Of a stretch of 64,000 bases of DNA, positions 11,646-25,067 are shown piece by piece (position 1 is the stretch's first letter; each line of letters starts with the position of its first letter). This stretch comes from Heterodontus francisci (Eukaryota), in assembly GCF_036365525.1 (NCBI RefSeq), contig NC_090372.1, positions 94,341,815 through 94,405,814 of the forward strand. The letters are read 5' to 3'. The notes below the pieces were generated by a model. That model ran no database searches, was not told where the DNA came from, and was given only the letters and a program-made list of their open reading frames with translations. Made by a program: the position numbers and the translations under genes.

Positions 11646-13905
11646 ATTTTTTTTATTTGTGCGTGGGATATGGGCATCGCTGGCTAGGCCAGCATTTATT
11701 GCCCATCCCTAATTGCCCTTGAGAAGGTGGTGGTGAGCTGCCTTCTTGAACCGCTGCAGTTCTTGGGGTGTAGGTACACCAACAGTGCTGTTAGGAAGGG
11801 AGCTCCAGGATTTTGACCCAGCAACAGTGAAGGAACGGTGATATAGTTCCAATTCAGGATGGTGTGTGGCTTGGAGGGGAACTTGCAGGTGGTGGTGTTC
11901 CCATGCATCTGCTGCCCTTGTCCTTCTAGATGGTAGAGGTCACAGGTTTGGAAAGTGCTGTCTAAGGAACCTTGATGAGTTGCTGCAGTACATCTTGTAC
12001 ATAGTACACACTGCAGCCACTGTGCGTTGTCGGTGGAGGGAGTGAATGTTGAAGGTAGTAGATGGGGTGCCAATCAAGCAGGCTGGTTTGTCCTGGATGG
12101 TGTCGAGCTTCGTGAGTGTTGTTGGAGCTGCACCCATCCAGGCAAGTGGAGAGTATTCCATCACACTCCTGACTTGTGCCTTGTAGATAGTGGACGGGCA
12201 GTGGGGAGACAGGGGATGAGTTACTTGCCGCAGAATTCCCAGCCTCTGACCAACTCTTGTAGCCACAGTATTGATGTGGCTGGTCCAGTTCAGTTTCTGG
12301 TCAATGGTGATCCCCAGGATGTTGATGGTGGGGGATTCAGTGATGGTACTGCCATCGAACGTCAAGGGGAGATGGTTAGATTCTCTCTTGTTTGAGATGC
12401 TGTCATGAGCTTGTAATTATTTTTCTCTTTGGATTAAAAACAGTGTGTGCCTTTAAGACTCTGTTAAAAACAGTGCACCTTTAAGGGAGAGAATGTTCTG
12501 GAATTCAAGAGGCACAGAGTGCCAGCAGCTGCATTTTGGGCAGCAGCAGGAGAGAGAGTTCCCATGGTATAATGTTTCCACTTGACTGTGTGTGTGGAAC
12601 TGGCAAAAACCGGTTTGAACCAGACTCACCAGCAAAGCATACTGAAGAGAAAGGAGCTGTTTTATTCTCTCTCATCAGAAATTCTACAAGGAGCTACAGG
12701 CCAAGTTAATCCCCTTAGGAAAGAAAAAGCTTTTTCTTTTAAGAGACCATTTGTATTGCTGAAATCCTTTTCTTTACTTCCAAGCCAGAAAGTATTTGTT
12801 TCAAGATTGAATCTCTCTGGACTGATTGAGTTTGCTGGAATTCGAAGTAAAGTTTCAACTGAGATACTGTCAGTTTTAAAATTCAAGTCGGCTTGTTGCT
12901 GTGATCATTCTTCAAAGAACTGTTTAATGCTTACTGCAGCCAAAGAGTCGAATGCCTATTAAGAATCGACTACTGCATCAAATCCATGTGAAGGCTTCAA
13001 GTGGCCTTTGACTATTTCCACATTAGAATACCTCATCCACCAGGAGCATAATCCACAAAGACTTACTTATTTTATTTATTCTTAAGAGACAGCTAATTTT
13101 TTAAAAACACCACTTTTTAAAAACTTGTTAACTACTGTTATTTTTGAATGTATGTGCGTGAATGGAGGTGTTAGATTAAGATAAGAAGTTACAAGATCTT
13201 TAGACATAGATTTTTCTTAATAGCGTTTAAGATTTTTTTGTTGTTGTCTAAAGATACCTGGTTTGGTCTGTTTTATTCGGGGGGGTTACTAGAGTATTTG
13301 ATTGGGCTGTTTTCCGGTTGGGTGGAAAGCTTTCAATAATATGCTGCAACCCTGTGGAGTGACGGGACTGAATTAACATTGCATTACTCCCACTGCGGTC
13401 GTAACAATGGTCATTGCTTGGCACTTGTCAGATGCGAATGTTATTTGCCACTGGATGTTGTCCAGGTCTTGCTGCATATGGACATGGGCTGCTTCAGTAT
13501 CTGAGGACTCGCGAATGGTGCTGAACATTGTGCAGTCATCAGTGAAAATCCCCACTTCTGACCTTATCCTGGAGGGAAGGTCATTGATGAAGAAGTTGAA
13601 GATGGTTGGGCCTAGGACACTAACCTGAGAAACTCCTGCGGTGATGTCCTGGGACTGAGATGATTGACCTTCAACAACCACAACCATCTTCCTTTGTGCT
13701 CGGTGTCACTCCAACCAGTGGAGAGTTTTACCCTGATTCCCATTGACTCCAGTTTTGTTAGGGCTCCTTGATGCCATACTCAGTCAAATGCTGCCTTGAT
13801 GTCAAGGGCAGTCACTCTCATCTCACCTCTGAAGTTCAACTCTTTTGTCCATGTTGAGCCAAGGCTGTAATGAGGTCAGGGGTTGAGTGGCTCTGGCGGA
13901 ATCCA
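11646..13905 (-). mobile_element. CR1-clade LINE, 5'-truncated RT plus 3' tail, split by a solo LTR
   Basis: ORFs 13373..13687 (TAGVSQVSVLGPTIFNFFINDLP...FTDD) and 11940..12365 (ILGITIDQKLNW...IYKAQVRSVMEYSPLAW); A-rich tail at 11646-11656. Confidence 0.88.
12401..13406 (+). mobile_element. Gypsy-type solo LTR, about 1.0 kb
   Basis: Termini TGTCATG...CGTAACA; 4-bp flanks atgc/atgg; host LINE reads through (gagatg|gtcattg). Orientation inferred. Confidence 0.85.
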
Positions 13906-14838
13906 ATGATGTGATGAGTGGTGTTCTGCAAGAATTTATTAACTGAGATGATGGGATAGAGTCAAATATTCAAGTTTGCCAATGACACAAAGATAGGAGG
14001 CATTGTAAGCAGTGTAGATGAAAGCATAAAAATACATGATAGTAACAGATTAAGTGAATGGCCAAAACTGTGGCAAATGGATTTTAATGTAGGCAAGTGT
14101 CAGGTCATCCACTTTGGACCTGAAAAGGACAGAACAGAGTATTTTCTAAATGGTGAAAAACTAGAAACAGTGGAGGTCCAGAACAGCTTAGGAGTCCATA
14201 TACATAGATCATTAAAACGCCATGAACAGGTACAGGAAATAATCAAAAAGGGTAATAGAATGCTGGGCTTTATATCTAGATGGAAGAAGGATCAGTTTAG
14301 CTATTTAACCTGATGGCAACTTAGAATACAAGATGGTAGTAGTCATGCTACAGCTATACAAAGCCCTGGTTAAAACACACCTGGAATATTGAGTTCAGTT
14401 CTGAGCACCAAACCCAAGGAAGGATATATTGGCCTTAGAGGAAGTGCAGCATAGATTTCCCTGGAGCTTAGAAGGGGAGATGTGGTCAAGGGTTTCAAGA
14501 TATTAAGGGGAACAGATAGGAGAGATAGGGAAAAAAGATTATTTCTACTGTTTGTTGATTAAAAGACTAGGGCACATAGCCTAAAAATTAGAGCCAGGCC
14601 TTTCAGGAGTTAAGTTAGGAAACACTTCTACACACAGAGGGTGGTAGAAGTTTGAAACTCTCTCTGCAAATGACAATTAATGCTAGATCAATTGTTAATT
14701 TTAGAACTGAGATTGATAGGTTTTTGTTAACTAATTGTATTAAGGGATAGGAGGCAGAGGCAGATATATATTTAAAGTACAAATCAGCCATGATTTCACT
14801 GAATGGCGGAACAGGCTCGAGAAGCTAAATGGACTACA
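13906..14838 (+). mobile_element. CR1 LINE 3' fragment
   Basis: ORF 14077..14313 MDFNVGKCQVIHFG...LGVHIHRSLK; CR1 3'UTR to about 14838. Confidence 0.88.
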
Positions 14839-15245
14839 AAGAAAGAAATGATCTGTGACTCTACATTGTCAGCATTGCTTTCTTTCCTCATCTAATTATG
14901 GTGGTAATGATTTCTTGGTGTGATTCCTAAAAGCGGAAAGTGGAAGAATCAGACGTAGAGACATGAAACTATTTTTCATGAAATAACTTTGGGTAATCTC
15001 TGAACTACAGGTTTTTAACAATAGGTCTGTTTAAGATTACAGAACCAATAATTAATTAATTTACTTCAAGCACAGAAAATGATTGCATACATTGACTCGT
15101 GATTTACAAAAGTTAACTGATATAATCGTCAAGACCGGTACAGAAGACATGATACTAGTTGCTATTAACATTAAATATATAATAAGTGCATATCATAATT
15201 GTGAAACCTTGAGGATGTGGTGGCTTCCTCAACCAGAGGACAAAA

Positions 15246-15393
15246 GGGGCAATTTTAACTTACAGTGGGAAATGGGCAGTAGTGAATACGCCACCTGTCA
15301 AGTTTCTTTTCCACTGAAGTCAATGCAAAGGAAAATTAGGCAGGCCATCCATTACTGCCAGTTTTCTACCTTGCCCAAGTTGAAAGTTACCTC
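15246..15393. mobile_element. Palindromic MITE
   Basis: Ends ggggcaattttaactt ... aagttgaaagttacctc; imperfect fold-back centred on ccactgaagtcaatg. Confidence 0.7.
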
Positions 15394-18300
15394 AGTTTGT
15401 CTTGATAAAATTAACACGCTGTACTGACACTGAAAAATGTCACTTCTTTTAATACTGCTTACCTACTATCTTACCAAATTTACTTAAGATGCAAGTTTTT
15501 TCTCATGCCAAACCTTTCATTCTGTTATTTACATTGTAAAATGTGCTTTATGTTATTTTAATCCTTTTTAAGAACCAAGTGTTTTACTTATTTGTTTATT
15601 GTTCAAACCTCCCTCTCCAAAAGCTTCCTTCTGTTTTCAGTTAATTACATGGCTATAAAAGACATTTTGCTCCCCTTTACTTTTGGTGTTTCACTGACAC
15701 TGTCGCTGATCTAGTGCCACACAAATAAGTCTCCAATGACCAGCACCTTAAACAAGTGGTAATTTGAATGATCCAGCCCTGACTGAGCTCAATACCAAAA
15801 CTCTTCATAAACATTCCCTGCTTAGAATTAAGGTTTGGCATTGGAAATAAGGTTAGTACTCTCAGCAGCACAAAAGAAAACATCTCAAACAACTCTGTTA
15901 ACTTTTATTTAGTAACTTAAGTTGTATAAAATGCTAACAAAAATACCTTTTTGTGTGTTTTTCCTCCTGCTTCCGTCATATGGTTGTTATGCCTGGTCAT
16001 GTGATGTGGATTGTTATGGGTGTCATCATTCCACAGAAGAAAGATGGAATCTATAATGCCCATTATCTTTTTTTTTAACTGTATTTTTTTATGTTTAAGG
16101 ACTAGGAGGGGAGATGAAGCAGAGGGGGCAAGCCAGGGCCAGTAGCAGCCCACAGTAATTTTGTAGAGCCAGAAGGAGCCTAGCTGCCCCACGTGGTTGC
16201 ACAGAAATGAAACTATAAAAAAGTTTTTTTGGGTAGCTAAAGGGAGCACTAGTTAGACCACTGAGGATGGGAACAATTGGGCAGAGTGTGCATAGGACAA
16301 ACTTCACTCCAATTATTAATTGGGATCCTACAAAAGCCACTAGTACCCCAATTTACATATGGGCAATGTCTAAAGCATGTTTCAGATTAACACTCTGCAT
16401 ACCTAGAAGTTGTCGACTTCCAAATTGGTAGCTGGCACACTTCCAATGGAGCTTGGCTACAAGAGGTCGTGATCCGGAATTCATCCAATCCCCAACGTTG
16501 ACTTTGCACCCAATAAATAGTTGCCCTGACATTTAATATCTCCCCCGATATTTTTAAGGGAAGAGTAGATAAAAGCGTGAAGTGGAGAAAGTTACAGGCC
16601 ATGGGAAGAGAGCAGGACAGTGAGATCAGTTCCAAATTGCTCTAACAAAGAACTTGTCCAGACAAGATGGCAAAATGGCCTTCCTTCATGCTGAAAACCT
16701 CTATGGCTCTCTGGTGCAAATAACATCCCTTTATTTCTGATAGTCTGAGTACCTGCCCTTTTACTCCCCACATGTCATGCACCATAGTCCAGGCAAGAAG
16801 ATGGGCTGGCGATCCTCATTCAGATTTCAATAAACCACAAGGTGGCGTGTGAGTGATCTGCAGTGGTTTACTTGAATTTTCCTTTCTTCTAGAATTGTAG
16901 CCATAGTGTTGTTACTTTACAAATACATAGAATTGGAATTGGAAATGCATTTTTGTAGATGTTTGAAAATTGCCAAATAAATCCCTTAATCAAATAGCCA
17001 TCTTTCTTAGAAATGTTGGCCAACCCTCAACACCAGCACCCATATTGTTAAATGCAGGTCTCCCTGTTGAGGTGAAATAACAATAGATAGGGTTGTGAAA
17101 TGAAATAGAAAACTTTTTAACAGCCCCTTACGGACTTGGATGAATCCTGATAAACACATCGCTAATTTGCCAAGAAATGTTGGGTTTGGGTCATGAATAT
17201 GCTTAGATTAACGGGAGTGAATGGCAATAGCACATTGAAATTCTACCCTTGGATCAGGTATGTATTTACCCACATTCCAGTATCAAAGTATCAGAGATTT
17301 GTAAGGGTTGATTCAATGACCATTCATATATTTAAAAGATCTTGTTGCATTATCTTACTTTGTATAGAACAGAGATACCATCTCTTTAGGAAAAATGCTA
17401 TTCTCCATTTATACAAAGGGTTACTGCTTTTGGACTGTTACCAACAGCCTCTGAAACACCTGGCAACAAAGCAGTTTTAAAAATCTGTTCATGTACAGAG
17501 CACCATGACTCAGTGTGCCCATTTCAGATGGCTAAATGCTCATTATCCTGCCAGCATCTATTATCAGATTAAATACATGCCACTAGATGTCTGCCTGCAA
17601 GTCATCAAATTAAAATTTGTTTGCAAAGTGCATGCTTTTTGAAACTGGGTTTTGCTAACAAAAATTACATCAAGTACATATTTAGGGGTTACCGTGTTAA
17701 CTATGAGAAAAATACTACATGGATTCTAGATATCATTACAGCAGGATTTCTTAGTTAATGAGCGATCTCATTTTTTTCTCTTAAGAGTGTTGTAAATATA
17801 ATGCTGTACAGAATAGAGTTACACCAAGGTTTATTATCATTCTGTGTAAATTCTAACAAACAGTAATTGTATTTAAAATGCAAATACACTTTTGTTGCAG
17901 ACTTGCAACTCAATTGCTGACCAGCCTTGTATCTAATCAGCTCAGTTATTTACTCCCGCCTTATTGTGAAATCATCCCACCAGTCTGCCCTTGAAGTTGA
18001 TTCGAGCTGTGAAATAGCTTTGCATTGGAATTTTTACAGGGGAAAAAATCTCAATGAATTACAACAGAGTATAAATTGTAGCCCTCCAGGTTTGTGGTTC
18101 TGTAGTATATACCTCAGGAAATCAATTGGCAGGAATTATAATACAAACAAGGCATGAAACAATAGTCTTACTGTGTTGGATAGCATATCGAGCTCTGATA
18201 TGGCCATTGAAAGGTCAATTGTTGAACAAAATGGACATTACTTTACCTTCAGCTGTGTAGTGCCTACTGTCCAGATGGAGGTAGTGGTATTTCTGAAATA

Positions 18301-18417
18301 CTGCCAGTTTTCTAGTTTGACTCCTATCTCTAAACACTGGTGGTAGGGAGCTATCACTGAAGATTAGAGAAGGAAATGGGCCAGTTAATGAGTGAACTGG
18401 TCAACTGTACTATTGAG

Positions 18418-19995
18418 TCGTCGAGTCGTTTTAAACAGACTCCAGAAGCTGGCTGAGCATGTCTACCCTGAGGCACAGTGAGGCTTCCGAACAGAGAGAT
18501 CCACCATTGACATGCTGTTCTCCCTTCGCCAGCTACAGGAGAAATGCCGCGAACAACAGATGCCCCTCTACGTTGCTTTCATAGATCTCACCAAAGCCTT
18601 TGACCTCGTCAGCAGACGTGGTCTCTTCAGACTACTAGCAAAGATCGGATGTCCACCAAAGCTACTAAGTATCATCACCTCATTCCATGACAATATGAAA
18701 GGCACAATTCAGCATAGCGGTGCCTCATCAGACCCCTTTCCTATCCTGAGTGGCGTGAAACAGGGCTGTGTTCTTGGACCTACACTGTTTGGGATCTTCT
18801 TCACCCTGCTGTTATCACATGTGTTCAAGTCTTCAGAATAAGGAATTTTCCTCCACACAAGATCAGATGGCAGGTTGTTCAACCTTGCCCGTCTAAGAGC
18901 GAAGACCAAAGTACGCAAGGTCCTCATCAGGGAACTCCTCTTTGCTGACGATGTTGCATTAACATCCCACACAGAAGAGTGTCTGCAGAGACTCATCGAC
19001 AGGATTGCGGCTGCCTGCAACGAATTTGGCCTAACCATCAGCCTCAAGAAAATGAACATCATGGGACAGGACGTCAGAAATGCTCCATCCATCAATATCG
19101 GTGACCACGCTCTGGAAGTGGTTCAAGAGTTCACCTACCTAGGCTCAACTATCACCAGTAACCTGTCTCTCGATGGAGAAATCAACAAGCGCATGGGAAA
19201 GGCGTCCGCTGCTATGTCCAGACTGGTCAAGAGAGTGTGGGAAAATGGCGCACTGACACGGAACACAAAAGTCTGAGTGTATCAAGCCTGTGTCCTCAGT
19301 ACTTTGCTCTATGGCAGCGAGGTCTGGACAATGTATGTCAGCCAAGAGCGTCGTCTCAATTCATTCCATCTTCACTGCCTCCGGAGCATCCTTGGCATCA
19401 GGTGGCAGGACCGTATCTCCAACGCAGAATTCCATCTTCACTGCCTCCGGAGAATCCTTGGCATCAGGTGGCAGGACCGTATCTCCAACGCAGAAGTCCT
19501 CAAGGCGGCCAGCATCCCCAGCATATACGCCCTACTGAGCCAACAGCGTTTGAGATGGCTTGGCCATGTGAGCTGCATGGAAGATGGCAGGATCCCCAAG
19601 GACACATTGTACAGCGAGCTCGTCACTGGTATCAGACCCACCGGCCGTCCATGTGTCCGTTTTAAAGACGTTAGCAAATGCGACATGAAGTCCTGTGACA
19701 TTGACCACAAGTCGTGGGAGTCAGTTGCCAGTGATTGCCAGAGCTGGCGGACAGCTATAAAGGCGGGGCTAAAGAGTGGCGAGTCGAGACTTAGCTGTTG
19801 GCAGGAAAAAAGACAGAAGCGCAAGGAGAGAGCCAACTGTGTAACAGCCCCGACAACCAATTTTATCTGCAGTGCCTGTGGAAGAGTCTGTCACTCTAGA
19901 ATTGACCTTTATAGCCACTCCAGGCGCTGCTTCACAAACCACTGACCACCTCTAGGCGCTTGCCCATTGTCTTTTGAGACAAGGAGGCCAAAGAA
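18418..19995 (+). mobile_element. RTE-clade LINE, 5'-truncated, with 19-bp TSD
   Basis: RT motifs FIDLTKAFD, GVKQGCVLGPTLF, LLFADD; C-terminal CSACGRVCHSRIDLYSH; TSD ggtcaactgtactattgag at 18399-18417 and 19996-20014; in-frame stops. Confidence 0.95.
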
Positions 19996-20559
19996 GGTCA
20001 ACTGTACTATTGAGCTCCTGATGGAATTTCCCCTTTTGTTTTGGTACCAGTCTTACATCTACCTCACTGAAAATCTCAGCTCACTGCCCATTGGAGTCAT
20101 GATTGTAGATCTTAAGGGATTAATTAAAGCCCTCCACTGGTTCCTAGTGTTCTGTCATGATTGACGATAGAAATTCGTCAGTGCAGTGTGAAAAGACTTC
20201 CTTTAAATAAAAAAAATGCAGTTAAAAGTTTAGGTAGTAATTGATTTTCCTGCAATAGGATAACCAATAAATGCATTTCCACCCATCCTGGAAAAAGATG
20301 TGGCATAAGTGTGCCAAATTGCTAACAAGTCCTTTCTTATGTTACAGTTAAAGTGACAACTACAGAGAATAATCTGTTGATAAACTGAATATTAAGTTAC
20401 TACTCAGGCCTAGTACCTCCACTAGCCTTAGGACTGCTCTCAAACCAAACACCAGCATGAGTCTTTCAGTCAAATCACATTGACTGGTCAACAAAATACT
20501 CACCAAATTAACTCTGCACACTAAGAATTCTGTATAATTCTGCAATAACGATCATTAAC

Positions 20560-21240
20560 ATACACAGAAATCAATCGCACCAGGTGCAAGGCCCTAGTGC
20601 CTGACATTACCTATTTTGCTACCTCTTCTAGGTGCAACCTTGGTGGCTTCAGCATGGGAGGTGAAAGGCTGCTTAGCCTCCAATGAAGGTCCCTGAGCAG
20701 GCCGTGGGCAGTGACCTTGAGAATCTCGGATCTGAGAGATTCCTGCTGCAGACTGCATCATCTCAGCTATTGCTCAGACAGTCTGGCTCAGCTGACTTTC
20801 TGGCACCTTGACAGACATTGATTGAGGATCTTGTGGTTGAGCAGGCATGCTAACATCCTGAGAGAGGAGAGCAAGTGCCTCTCCTATGGTGTCACTGCCA
20901 CTTGCATGGGGTAGTGCCTCAGCAGTCACCCTGATCTGTAGGACAGCTGAAGCCTCTCTCCAAGTTTTTGTGCAACCTATGAAAGCCTGTGCAGATGGAG
21001 GTGTCCATAGCCTGAATGGCAACAGTTTGACCTTCCATCCCCTAATTCCCAGATGTTGTGGCTTCGTTAAGACCGTTTCTTCACAAAGTCATCTGTGTAC
21101 ATTTAGAAAGACTCCCACAGTTAGATCCGGGTATAAGGCTGGACTGGAGCTGGTGTTGAAGGACATTCTTGATGCTGGGTGTAGAGAATTGACCTATATT
21201 TCAGGGAGCTGCCGATTCACATAGAGGGAGTCTCTGTTTT
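20560..21240 (-). mobile_element. Degenerate fragment resembling the 3' part of the Harbinger Myb gene
   Basis: Loose compositional and sequence similarity to 4730-5330; no diagnostic motif. Confidence 0.35.
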
Positions 21241-21904
21241 ATATTGGAAAAGTATCACTGATACCAGATGCATGCTTTTCATGTTGTAGAATGGAGTCAA
21301 AAATGAAATGCTTCCAAGCTCCAGAGATTCAATGGCAGCATGGTCTTATGGGCTAGAATTGGATTAGGCACGGCCATATTTAATCACTAAATGGATACAA
21401 CTGGCTCCTTTTCCCTCTTGCATATATCATAGCATTATTTTGCTATAAATGCATTATTTGAATTTGGTATTTCTGTTTTCTGGTTATGGGAGACTGCAGG
21501 AGCAGTAATGCCCAAATTAGTACACAAAGCATTATAGGGTACATTTTGCATGGCTCCAATCCTAAAGCAGAGCCTCACCCACTGGCAGTGCAGATTGAAG
21601 AACTGGGTGTCACTCCCAACATTTTGATAATTAATTTTAATAATTAGAAAACCAGGAGCACTGCAAATCAGGTGTAGGTGACTTCTGCACCGGATCTCCG
21701 ATTTTCTGTTTGATCTTAATACTGAATGTTCCATATTGATTATATACTATGACTACTAAATCCCCATCCATCAGCTTATCAATGAAAATTCAGTCCAAGT
21801 TTCAGTTTCCAAGGTCTAGAATTTGGCAAGTGTTCAACCATTACTTCTTGGCGACTCTCACTGGCTTTAGGAATATTAGAGCATTAGGAGCATATTACTG
21901 GAGC

Positions 21905-22100
21905 ATTTGGAACAGGAGTAGGCCATTTAGCCCCTCGTACTTTTTCCACCATTTAATTAGACCACATCTGCACCTCAAATTCATTATTCTGCCTATGTTC
22001 CATATCTCTTGATACCTTTACCCCACAAAAATCTATTTACCTCAGCTTTGATTGCTCCAATTGTCCCAAGATTCATTGGGGAAGAGAGTTCCAGATTGGT
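21905..22100 (-). mobile_element. CR1 3' tail fragment
   Basis: ggaacaggagtaggccatttagcccctcg...gaagagagttccagatt. Confidence 0.75.
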
Positions 22101-22224
22101 ATTAATTGGCCACCACCAGTAAAATTGCTGCCGCAATGTTGCCATCTACCCGCAGGATTCGGACCCACATTTGTCCTAATGTTATGTCCCACGGTGTGCA
22201 GGTAAAATTCCAACCCATAACTCT

Positions 22225-22470
22225 ATGTTGGTTGAGGGATAAACATTGGCCAGGAGAATTCCCTGCTCTTCTTCAAAATAGTGCACTGAGATATTTTAGG
22301 TCGACCTGATATTTTTAGTTTAACATCTCATCCAAGCAACAGCACCTCTGACAGTGCAGCACTTCCTCAGTACTACACTGAAGTGTCAACCTAGATTACG
22401 TGTTCAGGTTTCTGGAGTGGGACTTGAACCCACAACTCTCTGACTGAGAGATAATAGTGATCACCTTAAG
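22225..22470 (-). mobile_element. DeuSINE (SacSINE1/AmnSINE1-like)
   Basis: Deu-domain on minus: gcactgtcagaggtgc...gatgagatgttaaac...gcactattttgaagaagagcaggg; box B gggttcaagtcc. Confidence 0.8.
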
Positions 22471-22849
22471 CAATGCCCTAAAGATAAGGAACACAACAAT
22501 TCATCCAAAAATACCAGTATATGTATTTCTTTAATTGAAACATGTGGATCTTGTATAACTTATGATCACGTACAGCATACTCCACTAGTGGAAATAATTA
22601 AAAATTACATTATATAAAAGATATATTGTAGAAGTAAGGACACAATTGTATTTTCTGTTTCCCTTAGTCCTCAGCTTATAATTTAAAAGAAAAAAATACC
22701 CTAACCTACAAATCAAACTTAACATGCTTAAGCAGCTGCAACAAATTTGTTTTACAAGGCTGGCTCTAACAAACTACCTGCTGTGCGCCTGTGTCGATGT
22801 TTGTAAAATGAATGATGAGAATGAAAGTCTGTGATTTCATTTATTCAGA

Positions 22850-23035
22850 CCGATTAGTCACGCATGCAAATGGTATCATTTGCCTGTCACTTAATGACTG
22901 ACCATTCTGTCTGAGTCATTAGCTCCGCAGTGTAATGAAAAGAAGAGATAAGCATAATAAAGAGATGACGGAAGTGCAGTGCTGTTTTACCTAAAAGGAA
23001 CAGAACACAGAGATTCAGTGCAGCTGCAGGTGTTC
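22850..23035. promoter_or_regulatory. Candidate enhancer or promoter (TF motif cluster in unique DNA)
   Basis: ATGCAAAT 22864-22871, TGAGTCA 22912-22918, AGATAAG 22946-22952, CGGAAGTG 22969-22976, CAGCTG-CAGGTG 23021-23032. Confidence 0.4.
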
Positions 23036-23579
23036 GGAAAACAATGTGGGAAGTAGTTAGCTTCCAATTTAGCAGAAAATTAAGTGTAAAAAACTGTTAT
23101 TTGTGCAAGAAGATACTCATCGTGAGCCATCATCTATACAGTGGATTCACAGGATAAGTATTCAGCTGTCTTTAGCCTGACTTAGAACAATTGGCACCTT
23201 GGTTTGTGCTGGATATCAAATGGATGCTTATGATTTATAGGTTATTCTTCTGTAGAATTCTTTGAAGCCCCACTTAATAGATAATGTGTCCATTTTTTAT
23301 GTAAACACATTTAATCTGGGAAAAAAATGATAAGTGCTCTAGGCTGAATCAGTTGTTCCATGGTGCCCAACTGTATTACAATAGTCAATAGTATAAGGCT
23401 GCATTGTCCATGTACTTTGCTGTATGTTTTCACTGGAACTAGACATTTTAGTTCAGTTGCATTCTGGGGTTTGATGGTGCATTTCCATAGCTAAAGCCAA
23501 GAATTGATAGGTCAAATACTGCCTTAATTCAGCTGAATGTTGTGGTTGTTTGTGCTATTTAAGGATAGGGTAACTAGTA

Positions 23580-24790
23580 GCGTATGCAGCAATCAGTTTT
23601 GAGGACATTTTTATTTCGAACACATACTAATGATTTGGGGGAGGGCGCAGTAACAAAGCTCTCCCTGTTTCTCCATGATACCAAAACAGGACGGTAATAA
23701 ACATTAGGGAACAAGCAGACCTAACAGCAATGATTTGGAGATAGGACTAGAGGGACTGGTGTCCATGTTTGCAATACTAAAATAGGAAACAGTGTAAATA
23801 ATTCTGTGGGCCAAAGGATTCTGGAAGAGACTATTAATAGGATGCAGTAAGGAGCAAAAAATAGCAGTTGGAACTTATTGTCATTAAGTGTGAGATGATA
23901 CATTTTGGTTCATAAATCAAATTAATAGGTTGATATGGAAGAGCAGAAGAGTTGGAGGGTTCAAATACACAAGACATTAAAATCAGCATCTCAAATGGAA
24001 AAGACTATAAAAACGTTAATGGAAATGGGTTTTATAGCAATAGGTATAGAATATAAAAGTCAATATGCAATAGTGAATCTATATAAATCCTTAGCAAAGG
24101 TCACAGTTGGAGAACTTTGTACAGTTTTGCGCTGAACGCTATAGGAATAATTTTGAAGCAATACAAAGGGTACAGCACAGATTTTCTGTTTGGTGTGAGG
24201 AAGTATAAATTCAAAGAAAGACTTGAAAAATTAGGTCTGTATCTGTCAGAACAGAGAAGATTATGGGGTGATTTGATCGAGCTGTTTTAAATTATGAAGG
24301 GCTGGGACAGAGTAGATAGAGATTGTTTCTAATAGTTGAAAGGTGTAGAACAAAGGAGCGTGGATAAAACATTAAATATAACATTAAATATAAGTGATTT
24401 AGGACAGAGGGCAGGAGAAACCTTTTTACACAGAGTGTTGTGAGATTGTGGACTGCACTACCGGAATTAGTGACTGAAGCAGAAATCATGGGGATGAAAT
24501 TCAATGTCAGTAGCAGCGCAAAATGGATGTGACCAAACTGCCCGCTTGTTCCACAAACCCCCAATTTTCCTTTCCTTTGAAGTTAATGAATTTCACCCTA
24601 CCCACAACCCGCCCCCCTCCCACCCCCAAGTCAATTTTTAAGAATAAATTATATAGGTGATTGATGGAATATGGGAACATGGCTGGTACATGAGATTAGT
24701 ACTACTGCTTGCTTGGAGAATAAACACCAATACAGGCTGATTGGAGCAAATGGCCTGATTCTATGTTGTAATCTCTATATAATTTAATGT
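23580..24790 (+). mobile_element. Old CR1 3' fragment containing a small MITE (24490-24598)
   Basis: GIEYKS..IVNLYKSL motif and ttttacacagagtgttgtgagattgtgg; MITE ends gggatgaaatt...aatttcaccc. Confidence 0.7.
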
Positions 24791-25067
24791 AAAAGTTGCC
24801 GAGGGATCTGGACAAATTGGGAGATTTAGCCAATCTGTGGAAAAAGATAGTTATGTAGTTGGGTAAGGGAAACGGGCAGTAAGTGTACAAAATAATTGGG
24901 AACAGTCTACAGAAAATGACACAGGCGAATGCTCTGTTGCTTTTAATGCAAAATACTCACGAACTATCAACACAATGTACAACAATGGTCAAAAGCACAA
25001 AGAGGATCTCAGGACGTATAGATTAAGGGATAGAGCACAAGTCTTAAGGAAATGATAATTGGTTGAC

